Below, piece after piece: positions 23,202 through 35,637 of a stretch of DNA of 64,000 nucleotides (the stretch's first letter is position 1; every line of letters begins with the position of its first letter). Under the pieces are notes generated by a model. The model was given only the letters and a program-made list of their open reading frames with translations. It had not been told where the DNA came from and ran no database searches. The DNA comes from Anthoceros angustus (taxonomy: Eukaryota; Plantae; Anthocerotophyta). The stretch covers positions 124,001 to 188,000 of the forward strand of contig MU008194.1 in NCBI GenBank assembly GCA_010909165.1, written 5' to 3'. Position numbers and translations under genes: made by a program.

Positions 23202-24912
23202 CTAGTCACTAACCAGCTTGGCATAGTACTTCTGGGCATGAGTGCGAACTTGGGTTGAGCTACGAGTTCCCACAAACTTAGCAATAGCAGCGAAGTCCGT
23301 TCCGAAGCTGTAAGATAGACTGGAGAAGCTTAGTGTGCTATTAGCAAGGAGGAAGCCTAGTGTCAAAGGTATGGCGGGCATGCAAGGAACTGACGTTTTC
23401 AGTGCCTTCTTGAATCGTTGTCGTTCCTCATTCGTCCAGTACCTGCTCTCAGATACCTGGAAAAGAACCGATTCCAGGTGAGAGGCTGGTGCCGTTAAGG
23501 TGAATCACATGCAACATGACTGGCGTGTTATTGCAAGATTGTGTCTACCTTGTTTTCCGGAGATGAGGTTTCCCGATGTTCTTGTGCTCTCAAGACGAGG
23601 ATCTGTCAACGACCAGGTGTTCTATTAAACAGATGCTTATCTTGTGGTATCACATATTTCTTCGCAAGTGCAGCCTAGGAAGGTTTCGTGAAACAGTTCG
23701 TAACAGTAAGAAGTACCAGATGCCTTTGAAATGTGGCTACTTGGCGTGTATCTACATTGCCCAATGAGTCGCTCTGTGACACACTTTGGCGACTACATGG
23801 CCACGGTAACAGCTGAGGCACTATGTGGTAGAGGTGATTTAAGTGCTCATCCACAATCTAGGAGCTGTGAGCATTTTTTGATCCTATGATTGACCTTCTG
23901 TTTGGCTTGTTCCAATTCCTTCTCCAGATGCTCAAGTTGTTGCAGACCTGACGTGTCCATCGGTAGGTACTGATCTGGGGTCGTTTTGACAGATCTCATC
24001 GACGGATTATCAATCAAATCAACTTTGTCCATTTTTGTAGGGATTGACATTGGTAGAGATCTTCTTATCACACCATGACCTGAGCAACTTGAGCTTCTAG
24101 AGTTGGAGCTCCAGAGATTTTGTTCAATGCAGAGTACGTCCCGAGCTTCTTGATGTTCAGTTCACAATTATTGTTAGTTCCTACATTCTCATTCACAGCT
24201 TTGGAAGAGGTGGGTGATGAAAGCTCTGTGCTCTGTGACCAAACCCTATGAGCCTGTGGAATGCTTGCCGTCACAAAACCATCAGACTTGCTAGCACCTA
24301 TTAGGCACGCAATCGTTCCGCAAGCAACTGACTGGAGCTGTCAATCTTCCCAGGTAAAATTAGTGCACACAAGCTTACATTCTTTCACAGCACGCACTCC
24401 CCTGGTGTTCTTCATTTAGAGTACTTGTACCGATGCTCAGGTCTCAGGATTCAAAGGACATCTGCCAGAGGAGGAGATCATGACTTTAAGCCTGTCATCT
24501 CTCTGACAGACAGCAGTAGCAGTTTGTCCATGCAGGACCAGATGCTGCCGGCACAGGCAAATGGACTGGACACATGGACGACGAGCGCTTGAGCAGCACA
24601 CTATGTCCCTGACTGGCTAGAGTACCTTGAGCACGATGATAGCCCTGGAAACAGGCATGCTCGTTGCTCCTTGCTTGACATCCACCCCATAGCAAGGAGC
24701 CAGGTCTAGATGATGCTGAGCATGAGCGAAAGTGTGCGTCGGGGTACTGATCTTCTCCTGCTCGGCCACGGCAGGGATGAACAGGCAACAGGAGGATCTG
24801 CGGTTTCTGCTGGTGGAGCCGACAGTGCAGATGAAGAGGCCGAGGAAGAGGAAGAGGAAGAGCAGCGAGGGAGTGGTGAGTAACCGTCGATGGCGCGTAA
24901 CGACCGTGTCAT
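23202..24912 (-). CDS. MYB-related (SANT, SHAQKY-class) transcription factor with a C-terminal Myb domain. The 3' exons 23456-23395 and 23307-23202 are firm, 23602-23549 is likely, and the 5' exons are uncertain.
   Basis: Spliced translation gives VSESRYWTNEERQRFKKALKTFGTDFAAIAKFVGTRSSTQVRTHAQKYYAKLVSD*. An upstream coiled-coil segment (LQQLEHLEKELEQAKQK) lies at about 23.9 kb. The candidate ATG is at 24912. Confidence 0.8.
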
Positions 24913-25020
24913 CCACGTCACACCGTCCCGCTTCTTCAGCTAAAAGGACGTTCAGCAGAACGTGAAGACCTAACTACCAGTCCCGGGACTGGCCGCTGCT
25001 GCTTCCGTCGTGTGTGTGCA

Positions 25021-26983
25021 ATGGATCATGGCGCAGCAGCCTCGTGCAGATGCCGCTCCCCTATGGACAGATTGAGAAGGCGCCGGGAAGCCTTTAGGGA
25101 ATGCAGAACTCAGGTGAGATTCAGGAAGCAAGACTTCTTGTTACCCAAGAATTGGATTTGGAGGCTTGCAATGAGAGCAGAACCCGTCTTGGCTGAAACA
25201 GAGGGCAGTGAGAGATGCAGTGGCGTTGCAAGACCATTTTGTGAGGTCCCTGAAGATTGAACGGGCACCGACCCATGTGTTCCAGGTAGTTAAGCACTCG
25301 CAGATCTGTGTTTATGGGTGGAACTCTTCTGACCATGCAAGGTCCTGTAGGTGGTCTTGTCCCGAGAGACGCCAGACTTCGGCTTTGAAAACATGGAAGC
25401 TGAGGGTCTGACGCTAGGTGAGGTTTGGAGCACACAGAGTGTGATGCAGTGTTCATGCCACAGGGTGCACACGCAAGATAATTTGACTGGTTTGCGCTGC
25501 AGCACAGCAGTATGGGCTGGTGGCCAAACCTGTCTCCGAGCTGAACCCGGATGAGTGGGAAGCTGTGCATCAGAGGTCTCTGAGCAGGAAGGATTTCCTG
25601 CATCCGTGCCCTATATGCCGGGAATATTTCAAAACGGATGACCAGATGCTCCTCAGTTGCTCCCACGTTTTCCATCGGGTGAGTGAAACAGGGCTACCTG
25701 GCTGGCTCTGATATACTTCCTCGGTAATGTGGGACCTTGATGGACGCTGAATTGATCTTGCAGCTGTGCCTGCAAAGTTTTGAACATTATTCACACCTCC
25801 GGTGTTGCCCTGTTTGTCGGGCAGAAAATTATCAGAAGCTGGTTGTGAAAAACGCAACATCGCTATATGAAAGCTTTAGCGCTACTAGGTAAGCCAGCGC
25901 TGGAGACGAAGGTCGTACTTCGACAGATTGGTAGCTCATTCAGAAAATCTTCAGTACTTGAGACAGGTGCCCTTTTCCACAGGCTTGAAAACAGGGGCCT
26001 TCTTCCACAGGATACAAGCTGCCTACCGAGGATACCTCATCAGAAGAATGTATGTCCCACTCTTGCGATCCATTGGGCCAAAGGATCCGAGCAGGCCCAT
26101 GCTGAAAACTTCAGCGCTACTAGGTAAGCCAGCGCTGGAGACGAAGGTCGTACTTCGACAGATTGGTAGCTCATTCAGAAAATCTTCAGTACTTGAGACA
26201 GGTGCCCCTTTTCCACAGGATACAAGCTGCCTACCGAGGATACCTCATCAGAAGAATGTATGTCCCACTCTTGCGATCCATCAGGCCACAGGATCCGGGC
26301 AGGCTCATGAAATGGTTTGCTAACAAGGTCTGTTGTCTCGTCCGAAGAAGGGGCAACAAAACGCAGCACCTTTACTTTATCCTGGATGCAGCTGTGTGCA
26401 ACCCTTTCATGATTCTCTGAGCTACTTTTGAACAGCTCGAATCCGCGACAGATATGTTACTTGGACAATTGGCAGTTGACCATTCAGAAGCAGATGCTCT
26501 TCTTCTAGAGATCGACAACACCTTGGCTATCAGCAAACAAGTCTATCAGCAGAGCACAAGAACAGAGTCACGTACCTCGCGCATCCCTCCTATGGACGTG
26601 GAGCCAACACGCCATCCCCCTGCAGTCAACTGGCCATTCGTCATAGAAAAGGTGGTTCATTTGTGCTCTTCTCTCCCACACAAAATGGGGTGTCATCGTC
26701 AGAACTCCGTCTGATATTTTTGGGTTGCTGACAGGCGAGAGATCGAGGTGACGTTGAGTGTCCAATATGCATTGAACCCTTGCACCGAAGAAAAGGAACA
26801 TCCCTGGCATGGCTGAGTTGCAGCCATGTTTTCCATGTCGACTGCATCAGCACCTTTGAGGCCTTCACCGAAGAATGTCAAGGAGCAGACGACACCGGAG
26901 GTGCTCCCATCTGCCCTGTCTGCAGGGCTTCATATCAGCGGCTAGTGATGACAGGGTTTTGGGATGGCTGCCGAGGGGCTTAA
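25021..26983 (+). CDS. RNF32: RNF32-like protein (RING-H2 - IQ - RING-H2), type A copy. Exons: 25021-25113, 25181-25285, 25351-25417, 25503-25678, 25764-25888, 26219-26327, 26436-26651, 26735-26983. An extra duplicated IQ-exon block lies at about 25889-26120.
   Basis: AVALQDH, LTLAQQYGL, EW..VHQRS, CPICREYF..LLSCSHVFH..CL..FE..CPVCR, IQAAYRGY, LLLEIDNTLAI and ECPICIEPL..LSCSHVFH..CPVCR match the RNF32 architecture and N-terminal motifs. Introns are GT-AG. Confidence 0.9.
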
Positions 26984-27597
26984 TTTGTGACATGAAACAG
27001 TCCATCGCTGCCTCATTTTCATTCCCCGGTTTCAAGAAGTACACCTGGGAGTCCAGTCGCCTAGACGCGGAAGGTGGGTCAGGAAAAGATCGTGAATTGT
27101 GATTCGTGAATCGTAGTCCAGCCTGGCCGCTTTGCTACGTATCTCTAAACATGGACTCCTCCAAGTTGGCGCACGCATCCAGAGGCCTGACACTTCATTC
27201 CCAGCCTTGAAATTTTTGTGACAGCCAGCCCATCCAGATACCTGCCGTCATCCTGTCAGGCCAGGCCGCGACGTTTCAGGAAAGGGAACGAACAGGTCAA
27301 CTGGTTGCGAGCATGGGCAGGCTGCTATTGGACCAGGCTGCCTTGGTATCGTGCTGTAACGAAGCCATGTTTGGCAAACAAAGTGGATTCGACTCCGGCC
27401 GGAAGGTGCTGGAAACAGTACTGCATGATCCTCCGGGGCCCACTCTTCCGCAAGGCAAGCGAGCCACGTGCGCGCTCGGCATGTCGGTTTTCCTGGCACG
27501 CCCGGGGAGTATAAAGAGCGGCGGCTCAGACTCCCGGCAGACACAATCTTTCAGCGGAATAGCTCGGAGGCTTTAAGCAAGCTCGACTTTCGAGACC

Positions 27598-28684
27598 ATG
27601 GCGGTGCCGGCAGCTGTGATTGTGGCGGTGTTGGCTCTGTGCGTGGCCAGCAATGTGGACGGTAATGAGAGATTCTGTGAGATGGGTTTTATGACGCGCA
27701 GCAGCAGGAATGCAGCTGTGTACAGCCCATCGTTTGATGAAGCTGTAGACTGTTGCAATGGCATTGATTCTGATCCCGATCGTACTTGGTTGCAGCCGTA
27801 AGGTGGAAGCCGAAGCCGTGCAGCCAGGGCTACTACCCGGGCTGCATCAAGGACGACCCGTCTTCGTGGGCAGCGACGGCCAGCAGTTCTACTTCCACGG
27901 CCACAAGGACGCCGACTTCTGCATCGTCTCCGACTCCAACCTGCACGTGAACGCCCACTTCATCGGCCGCCGGGCGGACCATGTCCCGAGACTTCACCTG
28001 GGTGCAGTCCTCGGAATTCTCTTCGGCGACCACCAGTTGTACATCGGCGCCAGCAAGGTGAGTCCGGACAATCTGCAGGACTTCTTGATCCGTTGCAGCC
28101 GGTTTGGACGAAATCAGAAGGAGTGATCAATGCGTGCGTCGATCGATGTCGTGGCTGCAGGTGGCCACCTTCGACAACTCCGTGGACTACCTGGTGATGT
28201 CCCTGGACGCCAGCCCGATCCTCCTGCCGGCGGTGAAGGACGCCGCTTGGAGCGCGCCCCACGCCGGCCTGACCGTCACCAGGTCCCAGAGCCACAACGG
28301 CGTCATCATCGAGGTGGAGGATCAGTTCTCCTCTCTGTGCTCGTCGTGCCCGTCACCGAATCCGACAACATCCGCCACGGCTACGGCATCACCCCGGACA
28401 ACTGCTTCGCCCACCTGGAGCTCAACTTCCAGTTCAAGGCGCTCACGCCGTCAGTGTCTGGAGTCCTGGGCCAGACCTACGCTCCCGGCTTCAAGCACCA
28501 GGAGAAGGAGGCCGGGCAGAGCATGCCCATGCTCACCCAAGAGGCGTCCTTCCTCTCTTCTGCCCTCATGTCCACCGACTGCAAGGTCGGCAATTTCCGA
28601 GGCCACGTCTCCAGCGACGTCACCATCGTCGATTTTCCTCAGACAACATGCTCCGGCGGTTCTGGCCTCGTCTGCCGTCGCTGA
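27598..28684 (+). CDS. Secreted Root-cap-domain protein, type A copy 1 (3 exons; apparent 1-2 bp frameshifts, mostly at homopolymers)
   Basis: Signal peptide MAVPAAVIVAVLALCVA, then DP.FVGSDGQQFYFHGHKDADFCIVSDSNLHVNAHFIG, DNCFAHLELNFQF and GVLGQTY, ending LVCRR*. The frameshifts may be sequencing errors. Confidence 0.8.
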
Positions 28685-29233
28685 ATTCTATTCAATTCAA
28701 TGGAGCAGTTCAGTTCGATGCAATTCAGTTGAGAAGTGTGCACACATCGGTGAGGCAACAGGCCCTCCCATCTCTGTCATCCCCAGGTCTATATTCACAT
28801 ATGGCTCTCTCCTTTGTAAAACACCGGCAACAAGGAGAGATCATAGATGAATTTCAGCTCATGATCAGCTCGAGCATAGGAAATTGTTGCGTTGCCTACT
28901 GCCATGTATAAAGTTGGGTACCGTGTGCCATAATAAGGGTGAATAAATTCTGTCTGATACCACTGAACCAGCTTCCTTAGATGCCTTATAGCCCTTTTGG
29001 GAGGCTTTACTTTTCATGAAAACTCAAGAGATGTGCTCAATTACCCGCGGCATCTTCAGTCGAGTGTTCATGTTCACATGCCTTCTTCCACCTTCGCTGG
29101 CGGAGTAATACGAGATGTCTGATGATGCCCTGAATACCGTTATGGATAGCATGAATCCATCATTCTTTCTTCTTTGGAATAAAGCACTCTACTGCAGAAA
29201 CCGAACTTTTCCCCTCGAACCCAACTCCTCCAA

Positions 29234-29773
29234 GTTGGCGCACGCATCCAGAGGCCTGACACTTCATTCCCAGCCTTGAAATTTTGTGACAGCCAGCCCA
29301 TCCAGATACCTGCCGTCATCCTGTCAGGCCAGGCCGCGACGTTTCAGGAAAGGGAACGAACAGGTCAACTGGTTGCGAGCATGGGCAGGCTGCTATTGGA
29401 CCAGGCTGCCTTGGTATCGTGCTGTAACGAAGCCATGTTTGGCAAACAAAGTGGATTCGACTCCGGCCGGAAGGTGCTGGAAACAGTACTGCATGATCCT
29501 CCGGGGCCCACTCTTCCGCAAGGCAAGCGAGCCACGTGCGCGCTCGGCATGTCGGTTTGTTCTGCCGTTCGCCAGTAGCGAGTATAAAGAGCGGCGGCTC
29601 AGACTCCCGGCAGACACAATCTTTCAGCGGAATAGCTCGGAGGCTTTAAGCTCGACTTTCGAGACCATGGCGGTGCCGGCAGCTGTGATTGTGGCGGTGT
29701 TGGCTCTGTGCGTGGCCAGCAATGTGGACGGTAATGAGAGATTCTGTGAGATGGGTTTTATGACGCGCAGCAG
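29234..29773 (+). repeat. Copy of 27165-27700 (Root-cap promoter plus exon 1)
   Basis: Near-identical. It is entered through the 10-bp microhomology ACTCCTCCAA (29224-29233 = 27155-27164). Confidence 0.9.
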
Positions 29774-30658
29774 CGCCGCATCGTGCCGTATGCACAACAG
29801 CAGACGCGAGCGCAATGAGCGAAAAATTACCAAATATTCAGAATACCCGTGGAATACCAATGGCAAAATACACAGCCGCACGGTGATGCTTTTGACTTTT
29901 CTCGATAAGGCGAGTCGAGTGTTTTATCAGTATTTGAATCATGATGTCTTCATCATCGAAAACGTCATGTTCAATATCGAAGTTAGATGGTACTAACTTC
30001 CCGCTTTGGAAAGAACAAGTGTATAATGTTCTAGTAAAAGCATCAAGCCCATAAAGTTGTTAGGCCAAACCAAATAGTATGACACAGGATGAGTGGGACT
30101 GGATGAGCTTGCTAGATCTACTATTATGCTAACATCCCGATTTTATATCCTTGGTGCGAGGCGATGTGATTGACAACGTTACCCCCATGGTCCGTGCCCT
30201 CCTAAGGGTTGTTCTCTTGGGATAAATGGGGTTTTACATCTCTTTCATAATAAAGTCTTGGTGTAGTCCAAGACTATTGATGGATGTACCCTTATTGCAT
30301 AAGGATTTTAGTAAAATAGTTGTACTTCAATGTGAAAGATAAGACCACGAGTTACGGATGTGCGTGTCAGGACTGTATGAGAAGCAAAGTGCGGCTTCTC
30401 GTGTATTGGTTGAAACAAATTGGTGGACTTGAAGATGAAGGAAGGGACGAGGATGTCCGATCATCCGAATGATTTCAATACCATTTTCAGCCAGCTCTCA
30501 TCTCAAGGTATCACATTCCCATTCCGTGAGAGCTATGTTTCTGGTCACATTACGAGAGTTGGGACACCTTTCATGAGTAATTCTCGCCTCGCTAGTGGTC
30601 TTACCATTGTAAATGTAGAAGGTAGCGTTAACCGAGGAGGTGAACAGAAAACATGGAA
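29774..30658 (+). mobile_element. Deletion-rich inverted copy of the Copia leader/gag region at about 45324-46260
   Basis: It aligns to the reverse complement of 45.3-46.3 kb with many small deletions. It exits through the 12-bp microhomology GAAAACATGGAA into RNF32 exon 3. Confidence 0.88.
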
Positions 30659-32392
30659 GCTGAGGGTCTGACGCTAGGTGAGGTTTGGAGCACACAGAGT
30701 GTGATGCAGTGTTCATGCCACAGGGTGCACACGCAAGATAATTTGACTGGTTTGCGCTGCAGCACAGCAGTATGGGCTGGTGGCCAAACCTGTCTCCGAG
30801 CTGAACCCGGATGAGTGGGAAGCTGTGCATCAGAGGTCTCTGAGCAGGAAGGATTTCCTGCATCCGTGCCCTATATGCCGGGAATATTTCAAAACGGATG
30901 ACCAGATGCTCCTCAGTTGCTCCCACGTTTTCCATCGGGTGAGTGAAACAGGGCTACCTGGCTGGCTCTGATATACTCGGTAATGTGGGACCTTGATGGA
31001 CGCTGAATTGATCTTGCAGCTGTGCCTGCAAAGTTTTGAACATTATTCACACCTCCGGTGTTGCCCTGTTTGTCGGGCAGAAAATTATCAGAAGCTGGTT
31101 GTGAAAAACGCAACATCGCTATATGAAAGCTTTAGCGCTACTAGGTAAGCCAGCGCTGGAGACGAAGGTCGTACTTCGACAGATTGGTAGCTCATTCAGA
31201 AAATCTTCAGTACTTGAGACAGGTGCCCCTTTTCCACAGGATACAAGCTGCCTACCGAGGATACCTCATCAGAAGAATGTATGTCCCACTCTTGCGATCC
31301 ATCAGGCCACAGGATCCGGGCAGGCTCATGAAATGGTTTGCTAACAAGGTCTGTTGTCTCGTCCGAAGAAGGGGCAACAAAACGCAGCACCTTTACTTTA
31401 TCCTGGATGCAGCTGTGTGCAACCCTTTCATGATTCTCTGAGCTACTTTTGAACAGCTCGAATCCGCGACAGATATGTTACTTGGACAATTGGCAGTTGA
31501 CCATTCAGAAGCAGATGCTCTTCTTCTAGAGATCGACAACACCTTGGCTATCAGCAAACAAGTCTATCAGCAGAGCACAAGAACAGAGTCACGTACCTCG
31601 CGCATCCCTCCTATGGACGTGGAGCCAACACGCCATCCCCTGCAGTCAACTGGCCATTCGTCATAGAAAAGGTGGTTCATTTGTGCTCTTCCCACACAAA
31701 ATGGGTGTCATCGTCAGAACTCCGTCTGATATTTTTGGGTTGCTGACAGGCGAGAGATCGAGGTGACGTTGAGTGTCCAATATGCATTGAACCCTTGCAC
31801 CGAAGAAAAGGAACATCCCTGGCATGGCTGAGTTGCAGCCATGTTTTCCATGTCGACTGCATCAGCACCTTTGAGGCCTTCACCGAAGAATGTCAAGGAG
31901 CAGACGACACCGGAGGTGTTCTCCCATCTGCCCTGTCTGCAGGGCTTCATATCAGCGGCTAGTGATGACAGGGTTTTGGGATGGCTGCCGAGGGGCTTAA
32001 TTTGTGACATGAAACAGTCCATCGCTGCCTCATTTTCATTCCCCGGTTTCAAGAAGTACACCTGGGAGTCCAGTCGCCTAGACGCGGAAGGTGGGTCAGG
32101 AAAAGATCGTGAATTGTGATTCGTGAATCGTAGTCCAGCCTGGCCGCTTTGCTACGTATCTCTAAACATGGACTCCTCCAAGTTGGCGCACGCATCCAGA
32201 GGCCTGACACTTCATTCCCAGCCTTGAAATTTTTGTGACAGCCAGCCCATCCAGATACCTGCCGTCATCCTGTCAGGCCAGGCCGCGACGTTTCAGGAAA
32301 GGGAACGAACAGGTCAACTGGTTGCGAGCATGGGCAGGCTGCTATTGGACCAGGCTGCCTTGGTATCGTGCTGTAACGAAGCCATGTTTGGC
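30647..32392 (+). pseudogene. RNF32: 5'-truncated RNF32 type A copy (exon 3 to stop at 32000, single IQ exon) plus the start of the Root-cap promoter
   Basis: Near-identical to 25387-27372 but without the duplicated IQ block. Confidence 0.85.
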
Positions 32393-33024
32393 CACCCATC
32401 AATTACCCGATCCCTCCACGCCTCCCTCTAACCACCTTATCCGTAAGGCAATCAAATTTCGATACCTCCGCCTTACTTGGTACCCTATTCCTCTCCAGAC
32501 CTCTTTCCACCAAGCTTCTTTCCTATAAGCAGCACTTTCGTGTGATCTCTCTCTAGCTTCCCAAACGCCACGCCACCTTAGTTCCCCATGTCTTTCAAGC
32601 TTCGCTCTTTAGCTGGTCAATTTTGTGTCGCTCCCATTACTGGTTGAGATCGACCACCGGCTAGAGCCCTCCTCGGAAGATGGCATTTGCAGCTTTGTTC
32701 TTCAAATACGTAATGCGAAATGCACTTTCTATTTTATTGACCTGCTTTTAAAGCCATATGGGCCAAATACTCTATCCTTTTGAGTGAGTGTGTTTTTCTT
32801 CATGTTTTTGCCTTTCATATTCCCAAGCTCGCTCTTTGTGTTTCAGATGCTTTATCCATCTTGTTTGGCCCCCGTGACTTTCTTGTCAATCCTCCGCCTT
32901 TTATTCTCCTTTACATTACTCTAATTGAGACGACGTATGTGTACATCCTCCTTCATCCAACAAGTTCTGTCCCACGATAATTTTTCGTCCCAAGTGGGCA
33001 TAAATAAAGTTGTTGTTGTTGTTT
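32393..33024 (+). mobile_element. LINE 3' end fragment (mirror copy, deletion-rich)
   Basis: Reverse complement of 39271-39950. It ends in AATAAA followed by (GTT)n. Confidence 0.7.
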
Positions 33025-33932
33025 GAGAAAACGGCTTTCGTGAGTAGTGAGATAATTGCTTTCCACGGCTCTCCGTGAGCAGGACCAGGAGATCTTGTAC
33101 GTATAACACTCTTCAGGTGGGTTACTTGCAACCTTTCAGCTTGCGATGCATGCGCTGTCACAGCATTTTCTGGGTTGGTAGTTTGCTTGCGATGCATGCG
33201 CTGTCACAGCATTTTCTGGGTTGGTGGTTTTCTCTTCCTCCTAGTTGTTCAGGTTGTGAGAGAAAACCACCTAGTTGTTCAGAGGGGATTGTCATGGTTC
33301 TCTTCCTCCTAGTTGTTCAGGTTTTTAGGTTGTGAGAGAAAACCACCTAGCTGTTCAGGTGTTGGGGACCACTCTCACAAAATTGGAGGAGTTGGGTTCG
33401 AGGGGAAAAGTTCGGTTTCTGCAGTAGAGTGCTTTATTCCAAAGAAGAAAGAATGATGGATTCATGCTATCCATAACGGTATTCAGGGCATCATCAGACA
33501 TCTCGTATTACTCCGCCAGCGAAGGGTGGAAGAAGGCATGTGGAACATGAACACTCGACTGAAGATGCCGCGGGTAATTGAGCACATCTCTTGAGTTTTC
33601 ATGAAAAGTAAAGCCTCCCAAAAGGGCTATAAGGCATCTAAGGAAGCTGGTTCAGTGGTATCAGACAGAATTTATTCACCCTTATTATGGCACACGGTAC
33701 CCAACTTTATACATGGCAGTAGGCAACGCAACAATTTCCTATGCTCGAGCTGATCATGAGCTGAAATTCATCTATGATCTCTCCTTGTTGCCGGTGTTTT
33801 ACAAAGGAGAGAAGCCATATGTGAATATAGACTGGGATGACAGAGATGGGAGGGCCTGTTGCCTCACCGATGTGTGCACACTTCTCAACTGAATTGCATC
33901 GAACTGAACTGCTCCATTGAATTGAATAGAAT

Positions 33933-35017
33933 TCAGCGACGGCAGACGAGGCCAGAACCGCCGGAGCATGTTGTCTGAGGAAAATCGACGATGGTGACGT
34001 CGCTGGAGACGTGGCCTCGGAAATTGCCGACCTTGCAGTCGGTGGACATGAGGGCAGAAGAGAGGAAGGACGCCTCTTGGGTGAGAACGGCATGCTCTGC
34101 CCGGCCTCCTTCTCCTGGTGCTTGAAGCCGGGAGCGTAGGTCTGGCCCAGGACTCCAGACACTGACGGCGTGAGCGCCTTGAACTGGAAGTTGAGCTCCA
34201 GGTGGGCGAAGCAGTTGTCCGGGGTGATGCCGTAGCCGTGGCGGATGTTGTCGGATTCGGTGACGGGCACGACGAGCACAGAGAGGGAGAACTGATCCTC
34301 CACCTCGATGATGACGCCGTTGTGGCTCTGGGACCTGGTGACGGTCAGGCCGGCGTGGGGCGCGCTCCAAGCGGCGTCCTTCACCGCCGGCAGGAGGATC
34401 GGGCTGGCGTCCAGGGACATCACCAGGTAGTCCACGGAGTTGTCGAAGGTGGCCACCTGCATTCACGACATCGATCGACGCACGCATTGATCACTCCTTC
34501 TGATTTCGTCCAAACCGGCTGCAACGGATCAAGAAGTCCTGCAGATTGTCCGGACTCACTTGCTGGCGCCGATGTACAACTGGTGGTCGCCGAAGAGAAT
34601 TCCGAGGACTGCACCCAGGTGAAGTCTCGGGACATGTGGTCCGCCCGGCGGCCGATGAAGTGGGCGTTCACGTGCAGGTTGGAGTCGGAGACGATGCAGA
34701 AGTCGGCGTCCTTGTGGCCGTGGAAGTAGAACTGCTGGCCGTCGCTGCCCACGAAGACGGGTCGTCCTTGATGCAGCCGGGTAGTAGCCCTGGCTGCACG
34801 GCTTTCGGCTTCAGAGCGGCTGCAACCAAGTACGATCGGGATCAGAATCAATGCCATTGCAACAGTCTACAGCTTCATCAAACGATGGGCTGTACACAGC
34901 TGCATTCCTGCTGCTGCGCGTCATAAAACCCATCTCACAGAATCTCTCATTACCGTCCACATTGCTGGCCACGCACAGAGCCAACACCGCCACAATCACA
35001 GCTGCCGGCACCGCCAT
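33933..35017 (-). CDS. Root-cap-domain protein, type A, inverted copy (apparent frameshifts)
   Basis: Reverse complement of 37275-38362, with the same motifs. Confidence 0.7.
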
Positions 35018-35637
35018 GGTCTCGAAAGTCGAGCTTGCTTAAAGCCTCCGAGCTATTCCGCTGAAAGATTGTGTCTGCCGGGAGTCTGAGCCGCCGCTCT
35101 TTATACTCGCTACTGGCGAACGGCAGAACAAACCGACATGCCGAGCGCGCACGTGGCTCGCTTGCCTTGCGGAAGAGTGGGCCCCGGAGGATCATGCAGT
35201 ACTGTTTCCAGCACCTTCCGGCCGGAGTCGAATCCACTTTGTTTGCCAAACATGGCTTCGTTACAGCACGATACCAAGGCAGCCTGGTCCAATAGCAGCC
35301 TGCCCATGCTCGCAACCAGTTGACCTGTTCGTTCCCTTTTCCTGAAACGTCGCGGCCTGGCCTGACAGGATGACGGCAGGTATCTGGATGGGCTGGCTGT
35401 CACAAAAATTTCAAGGCTGGGAATGAAGTGTCAGGCCTCTGGATGCGTGCGCCAACTTGGAGGAGTCCATGTTTAGAGATACGTAGCAAAGCGGCCAGGC
35501 TGGACTACGATTCACGAATCACAATTCACGATCTTTTCCTGACCCACCTTCCGCGTCTAGGCGACTGGACTCCCAGGTGTACTTCTTGAAACCGGGGAAT
35601 GAAAATGAGGCAGCGATGGACTGTTTCATGTCACAAA

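Noticed and set aside
25867-26323. Stand-alone ORFs such as MKALALLGKPALETK
   Set aside because: These are alternative frames across RNF32 exon and intron boundaries.
27598-27801. Small secreted Cys-containing peptide MAVPAA...DCCNGIDSDPDRTWLQP suggested by the ORF track
   Set aside because: It is read-through into intron 1. The phase-1 GT...TTGCAG splice yields the full Root-cap protein, as verified in copy C.
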